DNA from: Stegostoma tigrinum
Lineage: Eukaryota
Reading direction: 5' to 3'
Assembly: GCF_030684315.1 (NCBI RefSeq)
Contig: NC_081379.1
Location: 16,584,637 to 16,648,636, forward strand
Length of the DNA: 64,000 nucleotides
The notes beneath the pieces were generated by a model. It did not search any database. It was not told the origin of the DNA and saw nothing but the letters and a program-made list of their open reading frames with translations. Below are positions 49,000-62,509 of the stretch, one piece after another (positions within the stretch are counted from its first letter, which is position 1; each line of letters opens with the position of its first letter). The position numbers were made by a program, and so were the translations under genes.

Positions 49000-49930
49000 T
49001 CTGTCCTAGCCAGTTCCCACTCCACTGCGCTGCTAGTCTTTTGATAATTTCTCAGTTTGGTGGTTGTTCGGAACGAGTCCTTTGTGGCCATGCTTGTAAT
49101 TCCCAGCTGTACCAGCAGAGTATGTGGTGTTTGTAGCAGTGGATTTTTGTTTGTTTTGGTTTGCGTTTGGGAGCTGAAGGATTTTTTTTAATGGCCCACG
49201 TCCCTCCTCTCTTGGATCTCTTCCAGCTGAGTAGGTTGTCTCAGGTTTAGCCATTCTGGGAGGGGGTGAAGGGTCACACTCAGGCAGGTGGAAATGGTGG
49301 AAGGTATTGTGGAGGTTACAACCGAGAATCTTCAGGTAAAGACAATCCAAGGTAAGGGAAGAAAAGACAGTTCGATCAGACGGGCAGTGCACTGTTTGGA
49401 CTTTCCATGATTTTCATTGTCCTCGGGAGCTTTCAAGGAAGTGAAGTTTTTATTTTGGAGAAGAAAATGCTTTAATTTTTGGAAACATAAGTTTGCAGTT
49501 TGTAAGCCGGCGTGGGGCAAGGGGAAGGTTTTGTTTTCAATCAGCAGGGGCTGGGTTCGTGCTGCTTGTACCCGGGAGTTAGGCGGACGGATCGAACCCC
49601 CACCCCACCAAGCCTGGAATCTGAAACCATCCCTGACCCCCCTCACTGTGTGCGCGCGTGGGCGGGGTGCGGGAGTGTGAACAGGGTCCGGGGAAAAACA
49701 GCCAGTCACCGGCTGCCAGAAACTTTTATCGGCTTTTTCTTGTTGCTTTTATAAAAAAAAGAATACTGTTCTTCCCTTTGTTGGGTTAAAGCCGGCGGTG
49801 GCTGACTGGGAGCTGCATTATCCCCCCGCCCCGTGCAGTTTTTTTTAAAGACAGCATTCGCCCCGTTTGGAGATTATTTTTTAAAAATATCTGCGTGTTC
49901 AGTCAGTGGGCATCGGTCAGTAATGTGTCT
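49000..49930 (+). promoter_or_regulatory. CpG-rich promoter / first-exon region of an unidentified downstream gene
   Basis: Elevated CpG from about 49500 to 49930, GC boxes (GGGCGGGG about 49660, CCCCGCCCC about 49825), TE-free. Strong donors CAG|gtaaag (49335) and AAG|gtaagg (49351). Confidence 0.5.
49294..49351 (+). CDS. Possible first coding exon (MVEGIVEVTTENLQVKTIQ) of an unidentified gene
   Basis: Good Kozak context gaaATGG and a canonical donor. No homology recognised and no second exon identified; it could be 5' UTR. Confidence 0.2.
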
Positions 49931-52900
49931 GTACAAAGGATTTTCCTTCTCTCTTCCCTCCCCCACTGTCGAGAATAGTCACTCTTGTATCTGGGATTTG
50001 GAGCAGATTGTAGGTTTAAGGACTTGCGACCTGTCTGCAGTTACAAACTACGCAGTGCTCATTCTTTCATGGCTCAGTTTTTCAGAGTAGTTAGTAGTTC
50101 GTACGATTTAATTTTATTCCGTGGCTGATGGCTGATGCTGTGGTAGAAAGGGAGACCTTGTTCTGTGACTTCATTTGAAAGCAAGTGCAATGTGCTCTGA
50201 AATATTCCTGGTGTGGTGGAGTGGGAACAAATTGGATACGCAGTTTTCCCTGGATTTTGAGAGATGCGGATGAATTTGGTGAAGGAAGCTTTGTTTGGCA
50301 AGGTGAATCACAGTCTGTTTTTCTTAACATCCAATCACATTGCTCTTTGTGAAGCACTGAGATGTTATTCTCTCTGTTCAGGGTGACTCCCTTGACCGAG
50401 CCATTCCCCGTGTATCCAATTGTTATGTGAAGCGAGTAATTTAATAATACATTGCTTAAAACTCATTGTGATTTGGCAACTGAGCAAACGGTTTACTCCT
50501 CCAGTGGCCTGTTGTTACTTGTGGTGGTTAATGATCTTGTGATTTATAGTGTTGTTCTCTCTGTTAAAACCTTGTAAAATGTTGCTGCTGTGAGCATTTT
50601 GTCAAAAGTTCTGTCATTTGTTATATAAGGTTATCTCATCCTTTGGCAGGTCTGCAAATAATCTTGCGCCAAATAACTGAACCTTGCAAATCAAGGTGGT
50701 CAAAATTTGATCCTTTGTTTGGCCACCTCTGGACTAACAAGGCCCATAGGGGATAGATCTCAGAGTTATGGACACATCAGCCAGACTGCTACTTTCTGAT
50801 AGATGATTCTGGTTGCTTCTAGATTTATCTGTAGACTGAGCACAGGATCAGGTTGGCTGTCATACTCCTGTAGTCAAATAGCTGAGCTAGACATTCACAT
50901 AACAGAGGAAAAGAAAAAGAAAGATAAGGCGCCCTTGTTGACCACCAGACATCCCAAAACGTTTTACACCCGGTGAAGTACTTTTTAAAGTGTTGTCACT
51001 GTTAGGGAGTTTGGTAGTCATCTTGTATGTACAAAGGCCCACAAACAGCGTCATGATGGTTACGAGGTAAGGTATATAACAATACAATCATTCAATCAGG
51101 CAATTAAAAGCTCCAGTCAAAAAGAAGAGGAAGAAGATTAGCAAAGAAAGGGTTTTGTGTTACCATTGAACACTCTTGTCGAGAGCAGAAAACTGTAGCA
51201 TCTATCCTGTGCATCTGTAACAATTGACAACTAAAACAGTTGCACTATTTCAGACAGATTTTGTATAATTGACTCCTAGCACACACACAAAATGGGTAGC
51301 TTGTCCACACATGGAGCTTATTGGCAAAATCTGAACACATTCAGTTAGTTCAGTGAAATTATAAAAAGTCAACCAGCCTTAGGCTGTTTGATACCTGGTG
51401 TCTGCATCATTATACAGGTTCAAAGCGGGATTATTCAACATTAATGACATTTTAATATTCCTTAACTCTCATTTTCCTTGTTCATCACTGCTAATCACTT
51501 TCAATTACAAGCTTATTGAAAGGTTCAGGCCACTGCACCGGCCATTGAAAAAACCGCAGTCCAGTCATCTGGTAGATTCATGATTTTCTCTGATCTGTTT
51601 CTGAAGGTGTTGACTGGAACTGATGGCGGGGTGGGAGGCGGTGCGTTTTTCCTGCTGAGGATTATGAGTTACAAATTGAGACAGACTATTCTCTGGAAAA
51701 CAGGAAGATTTGTAAGAGGAAAGGCTATTAAAGTGAAAGAACGTTAATGGCGTCTGAAATCTTAGTCGTACTGTTTTGAGTGGGCAGTGGCAGATGTGGG
51801 TCTGATGGGCAGGGTCTTTCGTGATGTATCACATTATTAAAGACACTGTTCGTGCACATCATAAGGACCTGCCAGCACAACATTTTTTCCACAAGAGTCA
51901 TACATTTGACAAAGAAAGATCTCATGCTCTGCTATTTAGCTTTTGTTGAAGACATTTTTTAATCTTGTAGGTGTAACCATATTGCATACATAAGCAAATC
52001 CATGTGTACCTATGAGTGCTTTAAGGGATAAATAAAAAGAAAGCTGTATCAGTTGGCATGAAATCAGCCCGTTGTAGCAACAAGAGAGACACATAAATAT
52101 CAGCACGGACTCTCGAGCCTGAAAGTGGCTTGGAAACTGTTGTGAAAACACAGGTGTTACACTCTGTTGTGACGGGAAGGTTCCCGGGCAGATTTCACCA
52201 CTCAGTGTGAAATAAATTAGTCCCTTATCCCAGCATCCTGTCCTAAAGTGTCTGTGTCAACATTGTGCTTTCTGCTGATAACCTGGGGATGTGACTATTT
52301 GGAAACCATGGGCACATATGGAGTCTCTGCGATCGTCGGCAGCAATCTGCACTGTTATTGATCCATTTCTTTTTGCTGACTTACATATTTTATGGGGACT
52401 GAGTGGAATATTCCAGTTCTTCCAGCATAAAGTCAAACTGCTGGTGATTTTTTAATTTCCTTTGTTCTTTAACAGGATAAGAGCATTGCTGGATAGTCAA
52501 CATTTGTTGACCAGCCCTAATTGCCCAGAGGGCAGTTAAGTGTCAGCCACATTAGTGTGGGTCTGGAGTCACATGTAGGCCAGACCAGGTAAGGACAGCA
52601 GTTTTCTTCCCTAAAGGACATTAGTGAACCTGATGGGTTTTTCCAACAATTGGCAATGGATTCAAGGTCATCATTAGATACTTAATTGCTGATATTTTTA
52701 TTGAATTCAATTCAATTGATTCAAGCCCGGGTCCCCAGAACATTATCTGGGAATAAAATCACTAGGCCATTGCCTCCCTAATTTGTGTCAAATTATGGGT
52801 TAAGGACAAGCTCATTGTCATTCAGTCTGGCAGAGAAAGGGAATTGTGAGAGACGGTCACTGCGTAGAGCTCATAAGCACTTCCAAGCAGCTGGTGTTAG

Positions 52901-53399
52901 ATGAATGTTGGATGAAGGCTGAGATAGTCTGTCCTTTCTCATAGGGCTGTACAAGGGTTTTGGGTGGGTGCAATACAAGAACTTTGATCTGAAACTAAGG
53001 CAAGCGCCCTTACAGATACTAATGAACATTAGATGTGAAGACGGGAGGAGGCTTATGGGAAAGGTTAGATACAGGCTGAGCATTTTTAACCAAAGTAATG
53101 CAACATTTTTCCTGAGCAATCTATAACAATAGAATTAGGCGTTTCCAACTTGATAGTTTCCATTTTCCTGTTTTGTATCTGGTAGAAAAGGCTGATTACA
53201 ACAGAGTTCCTTCTGTTGTTACACAAGGGTAGCTAACTTTAAAGATATTCTGATCTCTATGCACAATTCTAAGAAATGTCATAGGGCTCTGTAAGTGCCA
53301 GTGTGACCCACAGTCAGAGAGGGGCCTCCATGCACTGCTGTGGGTTACAGTGCATTTCCAGGACAGTCTTGCCAGTCTGTCATAGCCTTACTGCCTTGT

Positions 53400-54000
53400 T
53401 TGACCCCGAGAGGAGTATCTGACAACCATCTGCTTCATCATCAATTTTGCTTGTTTAATTAAAAAACAACTGTGTCTGCCCCACCTCTGCTCATCAGCTG
53501 CTGAAATCCTCATTTATGTCTGTTTTACCACCAGATTTAACAATTCCTATGGTTTCCTGACTAACTTGTCTATTCCAACTCCATTTACTTGGCGCATCCA
53601 AATATTTGCTATCTATATTCCAGCACTCATCATGTTCTGTTCACTATTAACCCTGTGCTTATCAATCAGCACTGATTCCTGATCTGTTAATGTCTTGATT
53701 TTAAAATTCTTACCACGGGTAAGAATCCATCTGTGGCCTTATCCCAGCCTATCTTGACAACCTCCTCCAGCCCTAAAATTGTCCGAAATCAGGGCCTACT
53801 TTTAATTCTGGTCTCAGTGCTACCTGATTTCAGACAACCTGCCATCGGTGGTTCTATCTTCTGTTGAATGTGCCATCAGCTCTAGAATCCACTTGCTGAT
53901 TCTCTGCATCCCTTTCCTTTTATAACTTACCTCTGTTATCGAGTCTTGTAATATTCTGCCCTAATACTTCCTCATGGGGCTTAATGGCACATTTTGATGG
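53400..54000 (+). mobile_element. Old L2-like LINE 3' fragment
   Basis: Degenerate SAAEILIYVCFTTRFNNSYGFLT, resembling L2 AETLIHAFVTSRLDYSN. Confidence 0.5.
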
Positions 54001-55231
54001 ATAATATCTGGTGCAATCTTCTGATGAGCACTATTGTTTCTATGTAGCGATTGTATGCCACCTTTCTGGATATTGTTAGTCAGTCAGCAATCTTTCAACT
54101 GAAGCCATATGTTCTGAGGCATTTAGGCTTGTTTCACATAGACACCGTGGTGATTCTGAGCACTTAGCTATGCTGAGCAGTCTCACATTATATTGACTAT
54201 GGAGACTGAAATCCCTGTTCTCTTCTTATTAAAATGGCCAGGTTCACATAAATATCTGGAAATGTATGAGGAATGCATAACATTTCTGGCCTTAGGATGG
54301 ATAGGGTGGAGATTTTATGTAGAAAACTTTCAAGAATGTCTTCCCCTCCCAGTGGGAGATTGTGAGTCACTGCTGCTAATCGAGTCGAACTGGTGTCCAA
54401 GATGTTGTGTTTCGCTTCACTGATGCAGGATGCTTCCACACTTGGTAACAAAATAAAAACCAAAAAGAACTGTGGAGGCTGTAAATCAGGAACAGTTCCA
54501 CACTTGGTAACTCTGGGTGTAGCATGCAACAAGACCAGGAAGCTGATGTCACCTGACATTCTGCTGGCACTTCACATTTACAAACTTTATAAAATAACTC
54601 ATATATGTACTGTAAAATTTCTGGAGGACCGTATTTGATTAAGTGAAATCAAGTGCTGTGAATATATTTTCTGTAGTAAATGTTGATTGAATAACTTTTG
54701 CTTGTAGTAACATACGTACTTGAAGGAATTCCTCCGTATATGGTTGGGGTTAGGGTGGGAGGAGACGGTGGGGATGTGGTAATTCTTCTATTCACCATAG
54801 AACTTTTCCAATTTTACAATTTGTGATTTGTTCTAGCATTTTTCATTAACCAAGGAGTGTAAATGTATCAGACAAGGGCCAACATCATGGTGGTTTCTCC
54901 ACGTGTGTGTGTGGTTTGTGGTATGTGTTAGAAATTCTTGTGTAAGGTTTGATTGTGCTGGTTGGTGATATCTTCTGTTACATGAATAAAACATTTTAAA
55001 TTGGAAGCCAAAACGTTCAAGGAAGTGCTGTCTTAAACTGAAGTTTTAGCTTCATTGATCGCAGAGATTCTGTATTCTCCACCTTTGCCTGAAAAAGCAT
55101 TCCATGCAGTACTGCTCCAGATTGACAATAACAGGGAGCTTACATTAGAAACAATGGAACTTTAGGAATAAAAGCAGAAGCAGGCCATTTGGCCCTTCCA
55201 ACCTGCTCTGCCATTCAACTCTATCCTGCTG

Positions 55232-55445
55232 TCAGTTAGCTCAGTTGGTTGGACGACCACTGTGTGATGCCAAAAGTGTGGGTTCAATTCTGGAAATGGC
55301 TGCAGTTACCATGAAAGACTCTCCTTCTCAATCCCTCCCCTCATCTGAGGCAAGGTGACCCTCAGGTTAAACCACGAACAATCTTCTCTGTCCAATGGGA
55401 GAGCAGACCTATGGCATAGTAAAATTTGGGCGATTTTAGCTTTAC
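55232..55445 (+). mobile_element. tRNA-derived SINE (unassigned family)
   Basis: A-box tagctcagttggtt and B-box ggttcaattc followed by a non-tRNA body; no complete cloverleaf. Confidence 0.6.
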
Positions 55446-56158
55446 CATTTGATTCTTCTCAGCACCAATTTTCTGCATGTTCTTTTGATGTATTTAATAC
55501 ATAGGAATCTACTGATCTGAGTCTTGAATATGGGGGAGGCAATGAACTGATAATCGGGAGACCCAGATAATGTTCTGGGGACCGAGGTTCAAGTCCAGTC
55601 ACGGCAGATGATGGAATTTGAATTCAATAAAATATCTGGAAATTAAGAATTTAATGATGACCATGAATCCATTGTTGATTGTGGAAAAACCCACCTGGTT
55701 CACTAATGCACTTTAGGGAAGGAAACTGCCATCCTTACTGGTCTGGTCTACATGTGACTCTAGACCCACAGCAAATTGGTTAACTCTTAACTGCCTTTTG
55801 GGCAATTAGGGATGGGCAATAAATGCACTGCATAAATAAAAAAAGAATATAATGGCAACGCCTGCACCACCTTTTGGAGTAGACATTTCCGAAGATTCAC
55901 CATTCTTTGAATGAAGAAATTCCTCCTCATCGCCACCAGAAACTCCCTATTTATTATTCTGAGACTGCATTCCCATGTTCTAGACTCTGCATCGACCCTG
56001 TTGATCTGTGAAGAATTTTGAATATTTCATTGAGATCCCCTCTCATTCTTCTAGGTTCTAGTCAACAAAGGCCAGTCTCCTCAATCTGTCTTCATAGGAT
56101 ATCCCTGTTGTCCCAGGATTAGTCTGGTGGACCTTGTCCTTGCTCACTCTGTGACAAG

Positions 56159-56394
56159 TGCAGTGATTGTAATGATGCCAGCCAGATGGACCTCGTAGAA
56201 TATGAGTTCCTTGATTGGGGCTGTTAATCTGGTCCAATCAGGGAGCACTAGCTGACAGATATAAATGGGAATGTCAGAGGTTCTGCTTACTCTGAGAGCT
56301 GGCTCTAAAGGAGCTTGTTCAGTGTCAAGGACTTTCTACATGTGAATAAAGGGTGACTTGGTGATAGGATACTGGCCTCTGTGGAGTTATTTCA
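56159..56394 (+). repeat. 5' LTR
   Basis: Diverged direct repeat of 58291-58526. Confidence 0.85.
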
Positions 56395-58290
56395 GTGGCG
56401 ATGAGAGTCGGGTTAATGATGTAACGGTGCAAAAGCGTCTACTAGCCGAAGCCCAACTGGACTTCAAACAGGCACTACAACTGGCTTTATTACTGGAAGA
56501 TGTGGCAAGTGGAGCAGAAGAGTTGCAGGGTTTTCCAATTGAAGTGGATACCTTTACAAGCCTGAGTGAGCTTGGGGCGAAATGCATAACCTTGCTCAGT
56601 ACATATCTTGAACAGAGGGACTTTGGGTTAACAAAGTGGGGTGGACTGTGCGCCCCCAATCCGCACCAGCTGGCAGATACACCACTGGTGGTGCTGTCAC
56701 AGGAAGAATCTGTTCTGGTTTTAACTTTTCTGGACGCACCACCAGTCACAGCTAAAAGATCAGACTTTGGGTGGAGAAGGTCCCAGTCCTGGGAAAACCG
56801 AAAAAGCAGATGGTGATGGGGGCAACCAAAGGGCTGTCACAACCAGAATTGAAACCTTTTTGGATCCAGAGAGTTCGGATCACAGAGGGCGGCATATTCT
56901 GGGGAGCAAGAGTGATGCCCTAAGCAAAGGTTGCAGCCAGATTGTTCAGGACCATTGCACCCACCTGAATTTTATACGGCACTGGACCTGACCACGCGTC
57001 GACCGTCCCTGTTACCCATGCAGGGCCATGCCTGTGGTTCCTACACCAAACCTCATTCCCTGCAGTAAACCGTCACTCTCACTTCAGTTACCGAGCTGCA
57101 CTCCACCAGGCCCACCCAGGGGTTTCTAAAATGGAAATGGCAAGAAGTTATGTCTGATTGCCAGGATTGGATGCAGACCTAGCAGCACAGGTGGGGCAAT
57201 GCCCAGAGAGCCAACAAGGACCAACATTACTGCCAGCAACCCCTCAACATTCGTGGGATTGGCCGGGTAAACCCTGCATTCGGTTACGCGTCAACTCTGC
57301 CGGCCGAATAATGGGCTCAACCTGCTCAGTCATTGTGGATGCCCACTTAACGTGGCTGGAATTGCATTGAGTTTATTTGTCAAACACAGGGATGATGATA
57401 GAAAAAACAGTGCACATCTTTTGTAATAATGGACTCCCGGAAGTGTTGGTCACGGATAATTGGCCATTATTTACCAGCAGGAAATTTGAGTATATCCTAA
57501 AGTTGAATAGTAATTGTCATATAAGGACAGCTGCATACTATCCATCATCCAATGGCCAGGCAGAAAGAGCAGTCCAAAATGTGAAGGTGGACTTAAAGTA
57601 AATGCCTACAGCTTCACTTGATACCAAACTGTCCTGGTTCCCATTTGATTATAGGACCACCCCTCGTGCAACTGCAGGGATAGCTCCAGCTAATGAGGAG
57701 TGGATTCTGCACCAGGTTAAATGTGATCTTCCTGGATCTGGGAAGGCAGAGGGAAAAGGCATCAGAAATTCCAGTGCTAGACCCAAGACTCTGAGAAGAG
57801 AGAGTGACCATTTGCTGCAGGAGATGAAGTTTGGTGTAGGTCCCACAGGTAAGACCCTGCATGGGTAAGAGGTATGCTTGATGCAAGGTCAGGTCCAGTG
57901 ATGTATAAAGTTCTGGAGGGTGTGACGGTTCGAACAAGCACGTGGACCATATGAAAGCAGCAAACTCACAATGGTGTGGAAGCAAAATGGCGCTGGCTCC
58001 TCGACAGCTTTTCCAACTGTTCCGGAACCAGTGGGCCTCCCTCTCCTTCAAACATGGAAGACGGGAATTTGCGATGGATACAGTGGATTTGCCACCTTGA
58101 TGCCTTGACTGCCTGAAGAGGAGAATGGATTTCTTCTGAGATGCTCCAGGGACAAGAGGCAAGCTACTGTGTGTTACATGCTTGTGTATCAGAGGCAGCA
58201 TTGGAGGAACCTGGCCTAGTGCTAAAACCCTTCTGGAGCAGCGATAGAGAAAAGATCTGGCCTATGTCTTCGGACCAAGGGGGCAAGTGT

Positions 58291-58526
58291 TGTAGTAATT
58301 GTAGTGAGGTCAGTCTGGTGGACATCATAGAATATGAGTTCCCTGATTGGGGCTGTTAATCTGGTTCAATCAAGGAGCTCTGGCTGACAGATAAGAACAG
58401 AAATGTCAGAGGTTCTGCTTACTCTGAGAGCTGACTGCAAGGAAGCTGAATCTGTGTCAAGGATTGTCCATGTGTAAATAAAGTGTCACTGGCTGAGGGG
58501 TTACTGGTCTCTGTGGAGTTACTTCA
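58291..58526 (+). repeat. 3' LTR
   Basis: Diverged direct repeat of 56159-56394. Confidence 0.85.
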
Positions 58527-58990
58527 CCTTACATAAGGAGATCAAAACTGCAAACAATACTCCACGTGAGTTCTCAGCAAGGTTCAATGCAGATGCAACT
58601 CAATATCTTCACTGCTACGCTGCCATCCTTCTCCACAGACCATTTTCTTTATTGACTGCTTGCTGCACCTGCATGTTAGCTTTGAGTAACTTGTGAAAAA
58701 GGACATCCTGGATCCTTTGGATACCGACACTTCCCGATTTCTCATTATTTATGAAAAATGCTGCATTTCTACTAAAGGTCACATTTTTCTCTGCACTGTG
58801 TTCCTTCTGCTGTATTCTTGTCCAGTCACTTAATCTGTCTAAATCCCCTTGAAACCTCTTTGCTTGCAGTCTCAGGAGCAGCTGTGTCTTCCTCACAGCT
58901 GTGATTGCCACTTGGTTTTCTGTTGTCAGCCAGCTTGGAAATATTAAATTTGGGCCCTGAATCCCAATTATTGATATTGGTTAAAGGAGA
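58527..58990 (-). mobile_element. CR1 fragment; continues 55850-56158 across the LTR insertion
   Basis: LQGDLDRLSDW-like sequence on the minus strand; the sequence either side of the LTR element is contiguous CR1. Confidence 0.7.
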
Positions 58991-59924
58991 AATCTCTTCA
59001 AACAAGGCAACAAAGTAGTCAGCAGTGTGCACTGATGTTGTTCTCTGATTGTTGACTTCTCCCAGGTTGAGTTAAGGACCGTATATTTGATTTATCTAGC
59101 TTGGATTGGAGTTTTCTTTTAAATTGCAGTCTGATTGGGTTCTTTGGAGGATATTTGGACGTTGCTGCAACCCCATTGCTCTTGGTTCAGGTTGAGTGAT
59201 ATTAGGTTTCTTTGTATCAATGACTCATTAGAGCTTGATGGAAATGATTACATTAAGGAGATTGGAGAGTTATTGTGTTCACCTTGGAGTGAGCTACTAT
59301 GAAATCTAACTTGGCTATTTAGATATTCAGGAGGGAGTAATCTCACCACAAAGGTTGGCTAGTGTCCTAAACCATGACTGAGATTGGGCAATGCATTATA
59401 TATGTGGAATCACTGACATCCAACTTAAAACTAACAGCAGAAATGAATCGAGTCAGTATAATGGTCTAGGGGCAGGTGTTTCTCTTGAGGAGGGTTGGGA
59501 TAGGGAGTATTGTGAAAGTGACTATGAACGGTTGTGGAGACATTTCATATGGTCGAGGCATGTGGGTAGTTGGCTGGATGCGGCCCAGCTGAGGGGGTCA
59601 TGAACAGTGTGGGACGAGAAGCATGAACAAAATAGGAGAGAATCTGATGTGGTGAACTGTGCAACAGTGGTTTTGCAATGTGGAACAGATCTTCAGAGAT
59701 GGCATTCGAAATCTAATCAATGGACTTAGGTCCCAGATCAACCATGCTTTTAAAAACAATTAACAATTAGTTTCACTTCCCTGCTCCTTACCCTGGCCTT
59801 GCATACTTGACGTTTCCAAATATATATGTTCAATTCAGTTTTAACAGTTATCGTTAATTCTGCTCGACTACCCCTTCAAATTGTACATCCAGACCATTAT
59901 AACTTGCTGAGTTTTGAAAAAGAC

Positions 59925-60580
59925 CTGAGAACTATAGAGATATACAGTATGGATATGGACCCCTTGGTCCAACTCGTCCATGCTGACCAGATATCCCAAT
60001 ACATCTAGTCCCATTTGCCCATATCCCTGTAAACCCTTTCTATTCATATACCCATCCGATGCCTTTAAAATGTTGCAATCATACCAGCCTCCATCACTTC
60101 CTCTGGCAGCACATACCGTACATGCATCACCCTCTATGTGAAAAAGTTGCCCCTTGGGTCCCTTTTAAATCTTTGCCCTGTCACCTTAAACTTATGCCCT
60201 CTAGTTTTGGAGTTGCCCACCCCAGGGAAAAGACCTTGTCTATTTATTCTAATGATACCAATCATGATTTTATAAACCTCTGTAAGGTCACCCCTCAGCC
60301 TCTGACACTCCAGGGAAAATAGGCTCAAACTATTCAGCCTCTCCCTATAACTCAAGCCTTCCAACCCTGACAACATCCTTGTAAATCTTTTCTGAACCCT
60401 TTCAAGTTTTACAATATCTATCCTGTAGCAGGGAGACCGGAATTGCATGCACTATTCCAAACATGGCCTAACCAATGTACGGTACAGCCACAACATGACA
60501 TCCCAACTCCTGTACTCAATGCACCGACCAATAAAAGCAAGCATACCAAACGCCTTCTTTACTACCTTGTCTACCTGTGC
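59925..60580 (-). mobile_element. CR1 LINE 3' end
   Basis: DIVKLERVQKRFTRMLSGLEGLSYRERL...RLRGDLTEVYKIM...TRGHKFKV. Confidence 0.88.
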
Positions 60581-62509
60581 ATGGCACACAGGTTGTATAT
60601 TAGCTATCCTTTTCCTGTCCATTCATTACCTCCATGTGCCTGAAGCTCTTTCTTTGAGATTGAGATTCTTAGCTTATCAAATTATTTCCCTTGGCCATTT
60701 TATCATGTCTTGGGCTTGGATACCTTTTCACATAACAGCCGAAATATTCCACAGGATCACTCCAGTATGAGCTGTGGAACTCCAGCACAGTATCTGACAT
60801 TTTGTCAGTCATCCAGTGTCATTACCTTCTTGTACTGTCAAGAATGATGTGTAACAGGTCAACTAATATTTTCAGATTCCTCTTCAGGTTAAATGTCTAA
60901 AAAAGAGTTTCAATTGATACGAAGTGCCTGTCAAGGCCTCAAGATGTCCCAAAGAGGATGTGTAATGTTTCACAAAGTGCACTGACTTTTGTAGCTTAGT
61001 AAATTTTACTTCAGGTATACAGTGTCTTGCAGTTGTCTGAATTGAACATTATTTACCGTTCATCAGCCCGCATGTGAACTCCAGCACTCTCTTGGTCCTG
61101 TTACGATCCTATTGGAGGCCATTAAAATCTAAAGGGAAGTCTGAACACTGTATGACTGACGCAAGATTTCATGCGTTTATACAAAAATAAACTCTCTTGT
61201 ACATAAGAGGAATTGAGCTGAGAAATCACTAATAACTGAATGCCATTTAATATCTAAATAATACTCATGCTATTTCCTTCAGTCATTCAGGGGATAAGGG
61301 CATCACTGACTAGGCCAGCATTTATTGCCCATCCCTAATGGCCCAAAGGACAGTTAAAAGTTGTTCACATTGCTGTGGGTCTGGAGTCACATGTAGGCCA
61401 GACCAAGTAAGGATGGCAGTTTTCTTCCCTAAAGAACATTAGTGAACCAGATGGATTTTTTGGACAATCAGCAATGGATTCGTGGTCATCCCGGGATTCT
61501 TAATTCCAGATATTTTATTGAATTCAAATTCCACCATCTGCCGCGGTGGGATTTGAACCCAGGTCCCCAGAACATTACCAAGGTCTCTGGATTAACAGTC
61601 CAACAATAATACGACTAGGCCATTGCCTCCCCATTTCTACTTGTTACTCCAACCACTTTGGCCCCTCCTTCAAGAACTCCCAAATACATGATAAGAATCT
61701 TGAAGGACGTACATGGAATAGTGTAGGTTAGATGGGCTTCAGATCAGTATGACAGGTCGGCACAACATCGAGGGCCGAAGGGCCTGTACTGTGCTGTAAT
61801 GTTCTATGTTCTATGTTCATTCAGTTCCCTAGGCACCAGCCCGATGGTACACTATAGCCCTCTGGGATTCAGTAAAATTCTCTTCAATCTTCCAGCTATT
61901 CTTTGAAGTGTGAAATTCCATGAGGATCCTTCCATGGACTTATGGCTAATTGAGCCTCCGGCTTGTTTTAAAATGCCTCATATCTGTGGTGTATTCAGTT
62001 CATATTAGCACCTGTGCAGAGCTAAGCGAGAAGTTTAGCAATAATTTATGGAAAATTCAGGGTTTCTAAGTAATGCAAGTAGATTCCAGAGGTACCAGTC
62101 GAAGAAGTTTTACATGTCAAGATCAGGAAGAGGGAATTCTAAAATCAGACGGGACTGGAGAGAACAAACACAAAATCTGGAATAACTGATCCAGCAAGTT
62201 GAACAGGAAGAGAGTTGGAAGATTAATGATCAAAAATTCAAAAGCAGTCAAGGAAAGCATCAAACTGCTTTTTCTGCCATCAGTTCCTCCTTCATTTAAA
62301 AAAAAGTTTATTATGTTTGTTGCACTGGAAACATGGATTATCTTTAATAAGTAAGTTTCCAATAACTAAAATTACCCAATAAAATGTTTATGATTCTTCA
62401 TTTTCATTGTTACAATATATAAAATAAACTTGCTGTTGAAGTTGAAAAATTACTTGCATCAAAGTTTTATGATTGCCTTTGGATTGATTATAAGGATCTA
62501 TGACATTGG

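Larger units (their letters stand above)
56159..58526 (+). mobile_element. Internally deleted Ty3/Gypsy LTR retrotransposon (gag fragment plus integrase, no RT seen), nested in an antisense CR1
   Basis: About 236-bp direct repeats at 56159-56394 and 58291-58526 (TG...CA, each with AATAAA). PBS-like tggcgatgag after the 5' LTR and purine tract aaggggg before the 3' LTR. Gag-like VNDVTVQKRLLAEAQLDFKQAL; integrase HPGVSKM, GLPEVLVTDN, YYPSSNGQAERAVQ. Confidence 0.88.

Noticed and set aside
55232-55300. Possible tRNA gene
   Set aside because: It has A and B boxes but no full cloverleaf and continues into a SINE body.
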